Assembly: GCA_049581225.1 (NCBI GenBank)
Contig: JBAURN010000139.1
Span: 1 to 62,179 of the forward strand
Reading direction: 5' to 3'
DNA length: 62,179 nt
Source: Solirubrobacteraceae bacterium
GTDB lineage: Bacteria > Actinomycetota > Thermoleophilia > Solirubrobacterales > Solirubrobacteraceae
Positions 27,601-36,115 of this stretch are shown here, in pieces (positions within the stretch are counted from its first letter, which is position 1; every line of letters begins with the position of its first letter). The position numbers were made by a program, and so were the translations under genes. The notes under the pieces are model-generated. The model was not told where the DNA came from. It saw nothing but the letters and a program-made list of their open reading frames with translations, and searched no databases.

Positions 27601-28167
27601 TTGCCAACGCGTCCGCTGCTTTCCCCAGAGCAGGTTCGCATGCTCGACCACGCTCTGCTCGCTGCCTACCGCCAACACGAGGAGCTTTGTGTCGCCCATC
27701 CCGTTGCACGTGGAAAGATCAGTCGCCCTGGTATTCCCGCGGCGTTTAGCGAGTCTGTGGCCGCGTTTGTGCTGCCCACGATGGCTGACGGAATCACTAT
27801 CGTCGAGTTCGGCGGCCGTCAGGCCGACCTAATTGCAACGACCATCGACGGCCGCAGGCTGACGGTCGAGGTGAAGGCGTCGGGCGTCAGCAGGTGGCAG
27901 GAGCTGAAGCAGCGTGACCTCGACGCCGACGGACTCCTGTGGATCGACTTCGCTCGTCGCTATGTGGACGGCGATGGCCCAGTTACCGCCCACTATCTGC
28001 CGCGGCCCTCCCGCTACGATCTTCCGCGTCGCAAGCTCACCTTGGAAGTCTTTCTCTCCGGCGCGTCAGATATCGAGGGCTTTGTCAGTCGTACTTTTGG
28101 GACGCTCGATGATGCGATGGCGGCCACTACTGGTCTCGCTGACGTTCGCGGGGCCGGCTTCGAGTGA
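27601..28167 (+). CDS. Small PD-(D/E)xK nuclease, restriction-endonuclease-like
   Basis: PGIPAAFSES...ADLIA...TVEVKASG...DGLLWIDF; GAGAGG RBS before TTG 27601. Confidence 0.65.
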   Translation: MPTRPLLSPEQVRMLDHALLAAYRQHEELCVAHPVARGKISRPGIPAAFSESVAAFVLPTMADGITIVEFGGRQADLIATTIDGRRLTVEVKASGVSRWQELKQRDLDADGLLWIDFARRYVDGDGPVTAHYLPRPSRYDLPRRKLTLEVFLSGASDIEGFVSRTFGTLDDAMAATTGLADVRGAGFE

Positions 28168-28186
28168 CGAGGCCGGACTTCGACGC

Positions 28187-28357
28187 AGCTGGGGCGAAGG
28201 TGATCAAGCGGCTGGCTGCCGACCTGCGCCGCGAGTTCCCCACATGCGCGGGCTCTCCACTCGCAATCTGCGCTACATGCGCCCGGCGCAGAGCGCCAAC
28301 GAAATATTGCAGCAACCTGCTGCCAAATTGCGCTCGGGCCATCACATGGTCTGCTGA
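28187..28357 (+). pseudogene. DUF1016/YhcG N-terminal fragment, frameshifted
   Basis: GAKVIKRLAADLRREFP and MRGLSTRNLRYMR...EILQQPAAKLRSGHHMV read in different frames. Confidence 0.75.
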
Positions 28358-28808
28358 TCGTACTCGCCGTCCTCTCGACCGAGACCGGCCGGAACATCCA
28401 GGCAGGCGCGCGCGGGATCCGCCAACCCCGACGTGCACGAGCTCTTCAAGCTGCTCGACGCGGCCCCCGCCGGCTGAACATGACTAGCCCCAGTAAGGGG
28501 CTGTACGACCGTTCTGATCACGCAGGGCGCCGCGGACGTGACGACCGGAGCGGCGATTGGCGAATCGACCAGCATCAACCGCGATATCGCCCGCCGCGCC
28601 CCATCCTGATACGCCTCAGGAAGTCATTCTGACGCGGCGTTCAAATCATCCAGGTGCGGCTCGCCGCGTTTGGGCAGTAACTCGATTCCAGTGCCTAAAC
28701 CCCCCTGAATCGTCCCCAAACTCCGCGGTTCTACCAGGCACACCGATCGCCAGCAAAACCGCTTATTTCCAGGTATTTCCGCGGGAAAACAGGGCATATC
28801 ACCCTCGA

Positions 28809-28857
28809 TTCGGGTCGGCGAGGTCCCCGGTTCGAATCCGGGCGCCCCGATAAAAAA
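28809..28857 (+). repeat. attR: 49-bp direct repeat, copy 2 (tRNA-Pro 3' fragment)
   Basis: Identical to 4680-4728; the tRNA 5' half is absent upstream. Confidence 0.95.
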
Positions 28858-28880
28858 GCCCCGCAAATGCGGGGTTTTTT
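28852..28880 (+). terminator. Intrinsic terminator after attR
   Basis: AAAAAAGCCCCGC-AAAT-GCGGGGTTTTTT. Confidence 0.75.
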
Positions 28881-28964
28881 GTTGGGAAGACGCTTCGCCC
28901 TATTGGGCAGTAATTTGGCAGTGAGGCCCCAAGCTTCCTGAGCTATGCGGCCGACCTTCCGTAT

Positions 28965-29630
28965 TTGCAGGGCTTTGGAGGTAGTGACCACGCCGAAACC
29001 TGCGAGGGGGTGGAGCTACCTGCGGTGCCCCCGACGACCGAGGTTCGCTTCCTCTCGCTAGAGCAGGTGGACGCATTGATCGAGCATCTGCCGCAGAGCC
29101 CGTTCATCGAGATTGACTGTGTTCTGTTCCTGGTGGCTGCACTGACGGGCTTGCGCAAGGGCGAGCTGGTGGCGCTGCGCTGGCGAGACGTGGACCTGTC
29201 GGCACGGCGTGTTCGCGTGAGGCGCAGCTACACGCGCGGCGCGTTCGGCGTGCCAAAGTCGCGCCGCTCCGCGCGAGCGGTGCCCCTGGCCGACGAAGCC
29301 GCCAAGGCTCTCGAAGCTCTGCATAAGCGCTCGAAGTGGAAGGCCGACGACGATCTTGTGTTCGCCCATCCTGTGACGGGCGGGGTCCTGGCCAAGTCCA
29401 ACATCAGCCGCCGGATGCGCGTCGCGCTGAAGGCCGCCGGGCTGGATGAGATGCACCGCTTCCACGACCTACGGCACACGTTCGGCACGCGTGCAGCGGC
29501 AGCCGGTGTGCCGATGCGGACCTTGCAAGAGTGGATGGGCCACGCCGACCACACCATGACCCTTGATCTACGCGGACTACAGCCCTGGAGGGCATGAGGC
29601 CGAGATGATTGAGCGGGCGTTCAGGCGAGG
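28965..29630 (+). pseudogene. Second tyrosine integrase, N-terminally truncated and frameshifted
   Basis: TGLRKGEL, PKS, FHDLRHTF, MGH; an extra C near 29561 moves the catalytic Tyr segment (IYADY..HEAEMIERAF) out of frame. Confidence 0.85.
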
Positions 29631-30233
29631 TTCGTCACGCCGCCGATGACGTGGACGGGAAGCTCGTTCGGGGTCTCACCGGCGGCGATCAGATCGCCGA
29701 CCCTCGCCAGCGTTTCGGCGCGTTGCTCGTCCGGGAGGGCGGCCATCCAGCTCATCGAGGCGATGTAGTCGAGTATCCCCTCCGGGCGGGCCGGCTGGGA
29801 CATTGTGAGGCGGAGCTCGCGCGGCGTGGTCCAGCAGCCCTCCGCGATGGCGGTGTCCTGCCAGCGCGGACCGTGGAACTGCGGGTGATCACGGCCCAAT
29901 TTGCCGATCAGGCTGCCGACCTCATGCGCCCAGGACGCGCCGCTCCAGTCGGGCACGATCCTCAGCACCGCCAAGCCCCCACGCGGCACGAGCACACGCT
30001 GGATCTCGCGCAGGGCGGCAGTCTGGTCGAACCAGTGGAAGGCATCGGCGACGGTGACAGCAGCGACCGATGCGTCCGGGAGCGGGATCTGCTCAGCGGT
30101 CCCGTCGAGCACGCGCTCGGCGCCGACGCTGCTGATGAGGATTTCGCGCAGCCGCGCCTGTGGCTCGACTGCTATCACGTCGAGCCCGGCCTCGATTAGT
30201 GTGCGGGTGAGCTTGCCGGTTCCGGCCGCGTCG
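29621..30233 (-). pseudogene. Class I SAM-dependent methyltransferase, 5' truncated
   Basis: AAGTGKLT...VIAVEP...GTAEQIPLPDAS...AFHWFD; breaks inside motif I. Confidence 0.75.
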
Positions 30234-30356
30234 ATCGCTTTTCACCGCGAGATGGGGATGGACGCGGTCGAGGTGTCGGATTACTCGGGGCTCGGACGGG
30301 CACGGGTCGTGTTCAGCGCAAGGTTGACGAGGCATAGGGGCAGTCCTGGCGATTGA
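30231..30356 (+). pseudogene. GNAT acetyltransferase C-terminal fragment
   Basis: SIAFHREMGM...DYSGLGRARVVFSARL. Confidence 0.55.
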
Positions 30357-30418
30357 CACGCTCGCCCGAGGACGCTCCCCGACTTGTTTCGGCGTATATC
30401 GAGGCGTAGACTGGACCT

Positions 30419-30613
30419 ATGGCTGTTGCCCACGCAATCTCAGAGCACTCCGTCGTGCGGTTCCGTGAGGCGGTCCACGGCTGGCCTGCCGGCACCGTCG
30501 GCACGGTTGTCAGCGACTACGGCGAGGTGGTCCTCGTAGAGGTAGCAAGCGAGACCGGCAAGGCCCTGGAGTTCGTCCAGGTGCCCGTGGCTCAACTCGA
30601 ACTCAAGCGCTGA
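30419..30613 (+). CDS. DUF4926-like small protein
   Basis: EHSVVR...PAGTVGTVV...VLVEV; TAGACT 6 nt before ATG. Confidence 0.65.
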   Translation: MAVAHAISEHSVVRFREAVHGWPAGTVGTVVSDYGEVVLVEVASETGKALEFVQVPVAQLELKR

Positions 30614-30625
30614 CCGAAAGCTTGC

Positions 30626-30647
30626 CAAGGTTCCATTCAAGGTTCCA
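30626..30647. repeat. CAAGGTTCCA x2 direct repeat
   Basis: Copies at 30626 and 30638, followed by ATCTCAG/CTGAGAT inverted repeat. Confidence 0.6.
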
Positions 30648-30869
30648 ATTTGAGCAAATCTCAGCTGATCTGAGATCACCTAAGCCACCACCGAGGTCGG
30701 TCCGCGCTAGCGCCAACGCCGACCGGTCGCGATCAGCAGGCGCATCAAATCCGGCGACGCGTCTCACTTTCGTACCGCGCGAACGAGATGACATGGGCGC
30801 ATACGATAGGAGAGTGCGTCGCGCGCTCGATTTAAGGTGTGCGTAATCTCTGCGACTGACAATCTCGTT

Positions 30870-31550
30870 GTGTCTACTGTCCTTGTCGTTGACGACGAGC
30901 CGATCGTGCGTGACGTGGTCGTACGTTACCTTGAGCGCGACGGGCACAGGACGCTCGAGGCCGCAACTGGCGACGAGGCACGGGCTCTATTGGAGCATGA
31001 GTGGCCCTCGTTGGTTGTTCTGGACGTGATGCTGCCGGGAGTGAGCGGGCTCGAGCTCTGCCGCTGGATTCGCTCACGCTCTGAAGTGCCGATCGTGATG
31101 CTGACGGCGCTTGGCGAGGAGGCAGACCGGATCGTTGGCCTGGAGCTCGGGGCTGACGACTACCTGACCAAGCCTTTCTCGCCGCGGGAGCTTGCGGTTC
31201 GAGTTCGCAACCTGATGCGTCGCATGGCTCAGCCGACCGTCGGCAGAGTGCAGGCGATCACTTTTGGGGATGTCGTGATCGACCCGATGGCGCGTGAGGC
31301 TCATAAGGGCGGCGAGCCGCTCAAGCTGACGTTGAAGGAGCTGGACCTGCTCTTGTTCTTTGCGTCGAATCCTCGGCAGGTGTTCTCACGTGATCAGCTG
31401 ATGGACCGTGTGTGGGGGTATGCGAGCGCCCTCGATACGGGGACGGTGACAGTCCATGTTCGCCGCTTGCGCAAGAAGATCGAGGAGGATGCTTCGCGTC
31501 CACGTCACCTCGAGACGGTGTTCGGTGTCGGCTACCGGTTCACTCCGTGA
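30870..31550 (+). CDS. OmpR-family response regulator
   Basis: VLVVDDE, LDVMLPG, GADDYLTKPFSPREL, TVTVHVRRLRKK, TVFGVGYRF. Confidence 0.95.
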   Translation: MSTVLVVDDEPIVRDVVVRYLERDGHRTLEAATGDEARALLEHEWPSLVVLDVMLPGVSGLELCRWIRSRSEVPIVMLTALGEEADRIVGLELGADDYLTKPFSPRELAVRVRNLMRRMAQPTVGRVQAITFGDVVIDPMAREAHKGGEPLKLTLKELDLLLFFASNPRQVFSRDQLMDRVWGYASALDTGTVTVHVRRLRKKIEEDASRPRHLETVFGVGYRFTP

Positions 31551-32638
31551 TCGCTTTCGCGCTAATCGTGTCCTTGAGCACGCTCGTCGCGGGTGTGGCG
31601 CTGGCGCTGGCATTGCGTCTGCTGCCGACGGTGCGCATGCAGCTCGCGGGACTTGCGCTGTTGGCGGTGGGCTTGCCGCTCGCGGCCGTGATCCTGGGTG
31701 GTCTCGTGATGTTTCATATGCACGACGACGTGAAGATCCTGGCCGTCGCAGCGGCCTCAGCCTCGACGGCGCTCGCCGCCGCGCTGTTGCTCGGAGGACA
31801 GATCGCGCGGCGTATCCGTGGGCTTGAGGTGGCGGCCGAGGAGCTTTCCGGTGGGGAGCTGAAGGCTCGCGCGCCTATCGAGGGCCCGCGCGAGCTCGCG
31901 CACGTCGGCGAGGCTTTCAACGTGATGGCGACAAACATCGAGGCGCTCTTCGATGCGCGTCGTCAGCTCGTCGCCTGGGCCAGTCACGATCTGCGCACGC
32001 CGGTAGCCTCAATTCAGGCGATGCTCGAAGCGGTCGAGGATGGTCTCGCTTCGATCGACGAGTACCTGCCGGCGCTGCACCAGCAAACGCATACGCTCGC
32101 AAGTCTGATCGACGATCTTTTCGAGCTCGCGCGCATCGATGCGGGAGCGCTCACGCTTGAGCTCCGGGAGGCCCAACTCTCACAGCTGGTCTCTCACTGT
32201 GTGAGTGGCTTGGAGGCCGATGCGCGCGCGCGGCAGGTACACCTGGAGAGCCAGCTTGATGACACCTTGCCCGACGTTCGCTGCGCTCCGGAGCATGTGC
32301 AACGCGTGCTTCTCAACCTCGTGACCAATGCGCTGCGGCACACCCCTTCGGACGGCTCGGTGCTCGTGAGGGCGAGACGACGCAATCGTGAGTTGGAAGT
32401 GTCGGTCGAGGACACGGGTGTCGGGCTCAGCAAGGAAGCCCAGCAGCGCATGTTCGAGCGCTTCTGGCGTGATGACGCCTCGCGTACTCGTGCGAGTGGC
32501 GGCGCTGGGCTGGGGCTCGCGATAGCGCGAGGCTTCATCGAGGCGCAGGGTGGTCGTATCTGGGCGGAGAACCGGCCCGGGGGAGGCGCCCGCTTCGCGT
32601 TCACGCTCCCGATCGCAGAATCCTCTGCGATCGCCTGA
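31547..32638 (+). CDS. HAMP-domain sensor histidine kinase
   Basis: ASHDLRTP, NLVTNA, DTGVG, FERFWR, GAGLGLAI; GTGA overlap. Confidence 0.93.
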   Translation: MIAFALIVSLSTLVAGVALALALRLLPTVRMQLAGLALLAVGLPLAAVILGGLVMFHMHDDVKILAVAAASASTALAAALLLGGQIARRIRGLEVAAEELSGGELKARAPIEGPRELAHVGEAFNVMATNIEALFDARRQLVAWASHDLRTPVASIQAMLEAVEDGLASIDEYLPALHQQTHTLASLIDDLFELARIDAGALTLELREAQLSQLVSHCVSGLEADARARQVHLESQLDDTLPDVRCAPEHVQRVLLNLVTNALRHTPSDGSVLVRARRRNRELEVSVEDTGVGLSKEAQQRMFERFWRDDASRTRASGGAGLGLAIARGFIEAQGGRIWAENRPGGGARFAFTLPIAESSAIA

Positions 32639-32762
32639 CTGCTCAGTCAGCGGCGCAACGATTCACGGAATGTTCATCTCCGTGCAAGAGGCACGTTAGG
32701 ACTCCCAGGCATCGTGCCCGTGGTCGGGGAATGATCCCCGCCCATCCCAGGAGGTTTTACTT

Positions 32763-33923
32763 ATGAAGCTGCCGCGTCTCGTTCTCCCGCTCGCTCTGGC
32801 CTTGGCCGGCGTCACGGCAACCTCCGCCGCTGCCCACGAAGGGCGCGAATTCGGCCACCATGAATCCCCGGCCGTCGGTCACGCCTACGTCAATGACAAC
32901 ACCGCGGTATCGAACACCGTGGCGGGCTTCGACCGGCACGCCGACGGGTCGCTCACTCCAATCTCCGGCTCTCCTTTTCCGGTCGGAGGCGCAGGACTTG
33001 GCGCCGGTCTACCCTCACAAGGCGCGATCCAGCTCTCCGGCGACGGGCGCTACTTGCTCACGGCGGACGCAGGCAGCAATCAGATATCGGTGTCGCGCAT
33101 CGGTTTCAGTGGCGTGCCTCAGCCGGTCAGCGCTCCAGTGCCCTCCGGCGGCGTCGAACCACTCAGCATCGCGGTCTCCGGCAACCTCGTGTACGTCGCC
33201 AACGCCGGCGCGAGCGCACCGAACATCACCGGATTCACCCTTGCGCCAAACGGATCGCTGAAGCCACTACCAGGCTCCACCGTCTCGCTGCCGGCCGGCT
33301 CGGGTCCGGATGATGTGGTGATCGACCCCAGGGGTCGCAGGCTCGTCGTCGATCTCGATAACACCTCGACGATCGCAAGCTTTCACGTCAGTCGCGATGG
33401 CTTGCTCGTCGCCGCCCCGGGCTCACCCATAGCGGCGCAAGGAGCGGGACCGTTTGGCGCGGAGTTCCGGCCGAGCAATCCCTCACAGCTGTTTGTCAGC
33501 AACGCCCACGGTGGTGCGGGCAACGGAACAGTTTCGGTCTTCTTGGCGAGCGGCAGCACGGGCCAACTGGCCTCGATTGGCGCATCACCATTCGCCGATC
33601 TTCAGACAGCTCCTTGCTGGGTGGAGATCAGCCACGACGGACAGTTTCTGTTCACGGTGAATACTGCGTCAGGCTCGATCTCCAGTTACTCGATCAACCC
33701 CGATGGCTCACTGGTCTTGCTCGGCAGCACACCCTTCGGCTCGGCCGGAGCGGGCGCCGTTGATGCCCGTCTGTCCCCCGACGGCAAGACGCTGCTGGTA
33801 GACGGAAGCAAAGCCAACGTCATCGCGTCGTTTGCGGTGAATGGTGGAAGCCTCACGGAGCTGCCCAGCTCACCCACACCGCTGCCCGTGGGTGCTTTCG
33901 CAGCAGGTCTCGTCACCGACTGA
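32763..33923 (+). CDS. Secreted beta-propeller lactonase-family protein
   Basis: Signal peptide; repeated blade motifs SGDGRYL, SHDGQFL, SPDGKTL; TAPCWV; AGGAGG RBS. Confidence 0.8.
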   Translation: MKLPRLVLPLALALAGVTATSAAAHEGREFGHHESPAVGHAYVNDNTAVSNTVAGFDRHADGSLTPISGSPFPVGGAGLGAGLPSQGAIQLSGDGRYLLTADAGSNQISVSRIGFSGVPQPVSAPVPSGGVEPLSIAVSGNLVYVANAGASAPNITGFTLAPNGSLKPLPGSTVSLPAGSGPDDVVIDPRGRRLVVDLDNTSTIASFHVSRDGLLVAAPGSPIAAQGAGPFGAEFRPSNPSQLFVSNAHGGAGNGTVSVFLASGSTGQLASIGASPFADLQTAPCWVEISHDGQFLFTVNTASGSISSYSINPDGSLVLLGSTPFGSAGAGAVDARLSPDGKTLLVDGSKANVIASFAVNGGSLTELPSSPTPLPVGAFAAGLVTD

Positions 33924-33935
33924 CGATTGCGGCTT

Positions 33936-33969
33936 GCCGCCGGCTCGGGATGTCTTACGAGCCGGCGGC
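33936..33969 (+). terminator. GC-rich hairpin after the lactonase gene
   Basis: Perfect 12-bp stem GCCGCCGGCTCG/CGAGCCGGCGGC; no T tract. Confidence 0.5.
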
Positions 33970-34139
33970 GCGGCTGCACTGTGGATTCACGATGACGCTC
34001 ACCGCTCTGGCGAGACAGAGAGGATCCGATCGAGCTCTCCACATCTATGGGGAAAGCGCTACCCCTTCGCCGAGCGTCTTTGCGGGCTGTTCCTTTGGCT
34101 CTCGGACACGTCACAAGCCTAGTCGCGCTCAACCAACCA

Positions 34140-34352
34140 CTAGTAGGGGTCTGAGTGGCGGTAGCGGTTGAGTGCCACGACGGTCCAGATGGCCTCGACT
34201 ACGCCGAAGGGCCATGTTCCGGCAAGGAATCCGTAGGCGCTCGATAGGGCGCACCCGCAGGCGAAAGCGAAGATGTAGCGACGGTGGCGTCGCTCCAAGG
34301 CGTACATGCACACCATGAACGTCACGGCCGCTGCGCCGAAGGCCGTCAGCAT
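34140..34352 (-). CDS. Small membrane protein
   Basis: 70 aa hydrophobic; YGFLAGTWPFGVVEAIW. Confidence 0.65.
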   Translation of the reverse strand: MLTAFGAAAVTFMVCMYALERRHRRYIFAFACGCALSSAYGFLAGTWPFGVVEAIWTVVALNRYRHSDPY

Positions 34353-34358
34353 CGCCGC

Positions 34359-34673
34359 TCAGTCTGAGGCTAGGAGGTCCAGGGCGAACGCGATTGCGTC
34401 TATGGCCGGCTCGTGCGCGGCTTGGGATACCGAGATGCTCAGCCGCCGCCGATCCGGTTCCCACGTCAAGGCGAAGAACGGACAGCACTCGCGCTCGATT
34501 GCCACCGCCTCCCCGACTAGCTCGGCGTCCACGTCCTTATCGAGGTCTGCCACGAGGCTGCGGGGTGTCCGCTCGATCAGGCGAGCGTTCCGGCCCGCCT
34601 GCCTGTAGCGCTCTAGCTGCAAGCGCAGCCCGGACTCGTCAAGCGCGCAACTCGGAGCCATCGGCAGGTCCAC
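34359..34673 (-). CDS. Hypothetical protein with SCAL and ERECCPFF motifs
   Basis: Cys motifs suggest metal or thiol binding; in operon with the M56 peptidase. Confidence 0.6.
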   Translation of the reverse strand: MDLPMAPSCALDESGLRLQLERYRQAGRNARLIERTPRSLVADLDKDVDAELVGEAVAIERECCPFFALTWEPDRRRLSISVSQAAHEPAIDAIAFALDLLASD

Positions 34674-34688
34674 AGAGTCAGCCTAAAG

Positions 34689-35696
34689 TCAGACTCTCAG
34701 AGGCCGTCTCGCGCGCACAGCCACCAGCGAATAGATCAGGAGTCCCGCGCCGGCAAAGGGCGCGGTGCAGGTGAGCGCGTCGGGTCCGGTCGCTGCCATC
34801 AGGCCGGTCCCGGTGGCGTGGTAGACAGCCGTTGTCCCGCCCAGGCAGGAGACCGACACGAGAAATACGACGGCGAACAACGCCGCGCTCGCGAGCGAGA
34901 GCATCACACTCTTGGCGTCGAGCGCTTCAGGCCTTGGCTCGGAGCCGGTTTCAAGTTGCAAGAGGCGCACGTCGAGCAGTTCCGGGCTTGAGAGTGCGGC
35001 GGCGCTCGCCTGCTCGCTCCAGATGGGACCGCGCACGACCTTGAGCAGCGCTCCGGCCAGAGGGCGGCGTCCGCAGAGGGCTACGGCGCGGCGATCGGCC
35101 GCAAGCTCCCGACTCGCTACATAGCGAGCGCGCAGAGAGTCCAGCGCCGGCAAGAAGAACAGCGCCTCCGAGAGCACTCTCATGATTGCGGCCTTCAACG
35201 GGTCGATGTTGCGGACGTGGTAGCGCTCGTGCTCAAGCACCGCGCGCAACTCGTCGTCGGTTGTGCGTTCGAGCAGACCACGGCTGACCGCTACACGGGG
35301 CGTCATCAAGCCGTAGACGAACGAGAACGTGTCCGCCGCGTCCACGAGAACCACGCGGCCGGCGAGCCCCGTTTGCCGCGCTGCCCGCACAAGAGCCTCG
35401 GGCGTCGTGCTCGTCAGTGCGCGCATGCGACGCGACAGCACTCGTGAAGCGAGCGCTTGGCGTACGAGCGCGCGAGCGCCGAGTCCCAGGCCCACCGCGA
35501 TCAACACGAAAAACACGAACGGCGCCAGCAGTGACCCCCGATCGCGCCGCAGCTCGAGGAGCCCACCGTGGGAGATGCGCGACAAGCTCAGCGGCACGAG
35601 CACGCCCCCGATCGCTCCGCACAGAACGGTCACGCCGAACAGCAAGGCGACGCCGACGAGCACGAGAAAACTGCGGTTGGCCCGATCCAGCCTCAT
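34689..35696 (-). CDS. M56 family (BlaR1-like) membrane metallopeptidase
   Basis: AVLEHERYH, ELAADR, transmembrane helices; ATGA overlap with the BlaI-like gene. Confidence 0.85.
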   Translation of the reverse strand: MRLDRANRSFLVLVGVALLFGVTVLCGAIGGVLVPLSLSRISHGGLLELRRDRGSLLAPFVFFVLIAVGLGLGARALVRQALASRVLSRRMRALTSTTPEALVRAARQTGLAGRVVLVDAADTFSFVYGLMTPRVAVSRGLLERTTDDELRAVLEHERYHVRNIDPLKAAIMRVLSEALFFLPALDSLRARYVASRELAADRRAVALCGRRPLAGALLKVVRGPIWSEQASAAALSSPELLDVRLLQLETGSEPRPEALDAKSVMLSLASAALFAVVFLVSVSCLGGTTAVYHATGTGLMAATGPDALTCTAPFAGAGLLIYSLVAVRARRPLRV

Positions 35697-36073
35697 CGGT
35701 CCTCCGCGAGTAGAGCGCGCAGACGCCGAAGCACCGTAGGGTCGGTGCGGGCCTCGTCTACGAAATGCGCGACCGCAGCGTCCCCGTGCGCTCGAAGCAC
35801 ATCGCGGACAGCGATCCCGGCCGCGTCCGCGGCGGTCGCTTCGTAGAGGTAGCGGCGTCGCTCGCCGCTGCGCACAAGCACGTTCTTTGTGACCAGCCGG
35901 TTCATCACGGTCATAACGGTCGTATAGGCAAGCGGCGGGTCTCGTTGGCGGTTCAACGTATCGAGAACCAGACGCACGGAGACGGGCGAGTCTGCCTGCC
36001 AGATCGCGTCCATCACAGCGGACTCAAGCGGCGCTAGCCCGCTACTCGTCTTCTTTTTCGGGCGACCCGCCAT
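35693..36073 (-). CDS. BlaI/MecI/CopY family repressor
   Basis: LAPLESAVMDAIW...LAYTTVMTVMNRLVTK...YLY. Confidence 0.9.
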   Translation of the reverse strand: MAGRPKKKTSSGLAPLESAVMDAIWQADSPVSVRLVLDTLNRQRDPPLAYTTVMTVMNRLVTKNVLVRSGERRRYLYEATAADAAGIAVRDVLRAHGDAAVAHFVDEARTDPTVLRRLRALLAEDR

Positions 36074-36115
36074 GAATGAAACACTACTACATTCTTGTCG
36101 TGTATTCTCGATCGC

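Larger units (their letters stand above)
4680..28857. mobile_element. ~24.1 kb tRNA-Pro-integrated genomic (defence) island
   Basis: 49-bp flanking direct repeats, internal intact tyrosine integrase, Xis-like genes, TA pair, defence cargo. Confidence 0.9.

Noticed and set aside
28809..28850. Second tRNA-Pro gene
   Set aside because: Only the 3' 42 nt are present; there is no 5' acceptor strand or D arm, so it is the attR remnant
4680..28857. Prophage or conjugative ICE
   Set aside because: No capsid, terminase, tail, relaxase or T4SS genes recognised
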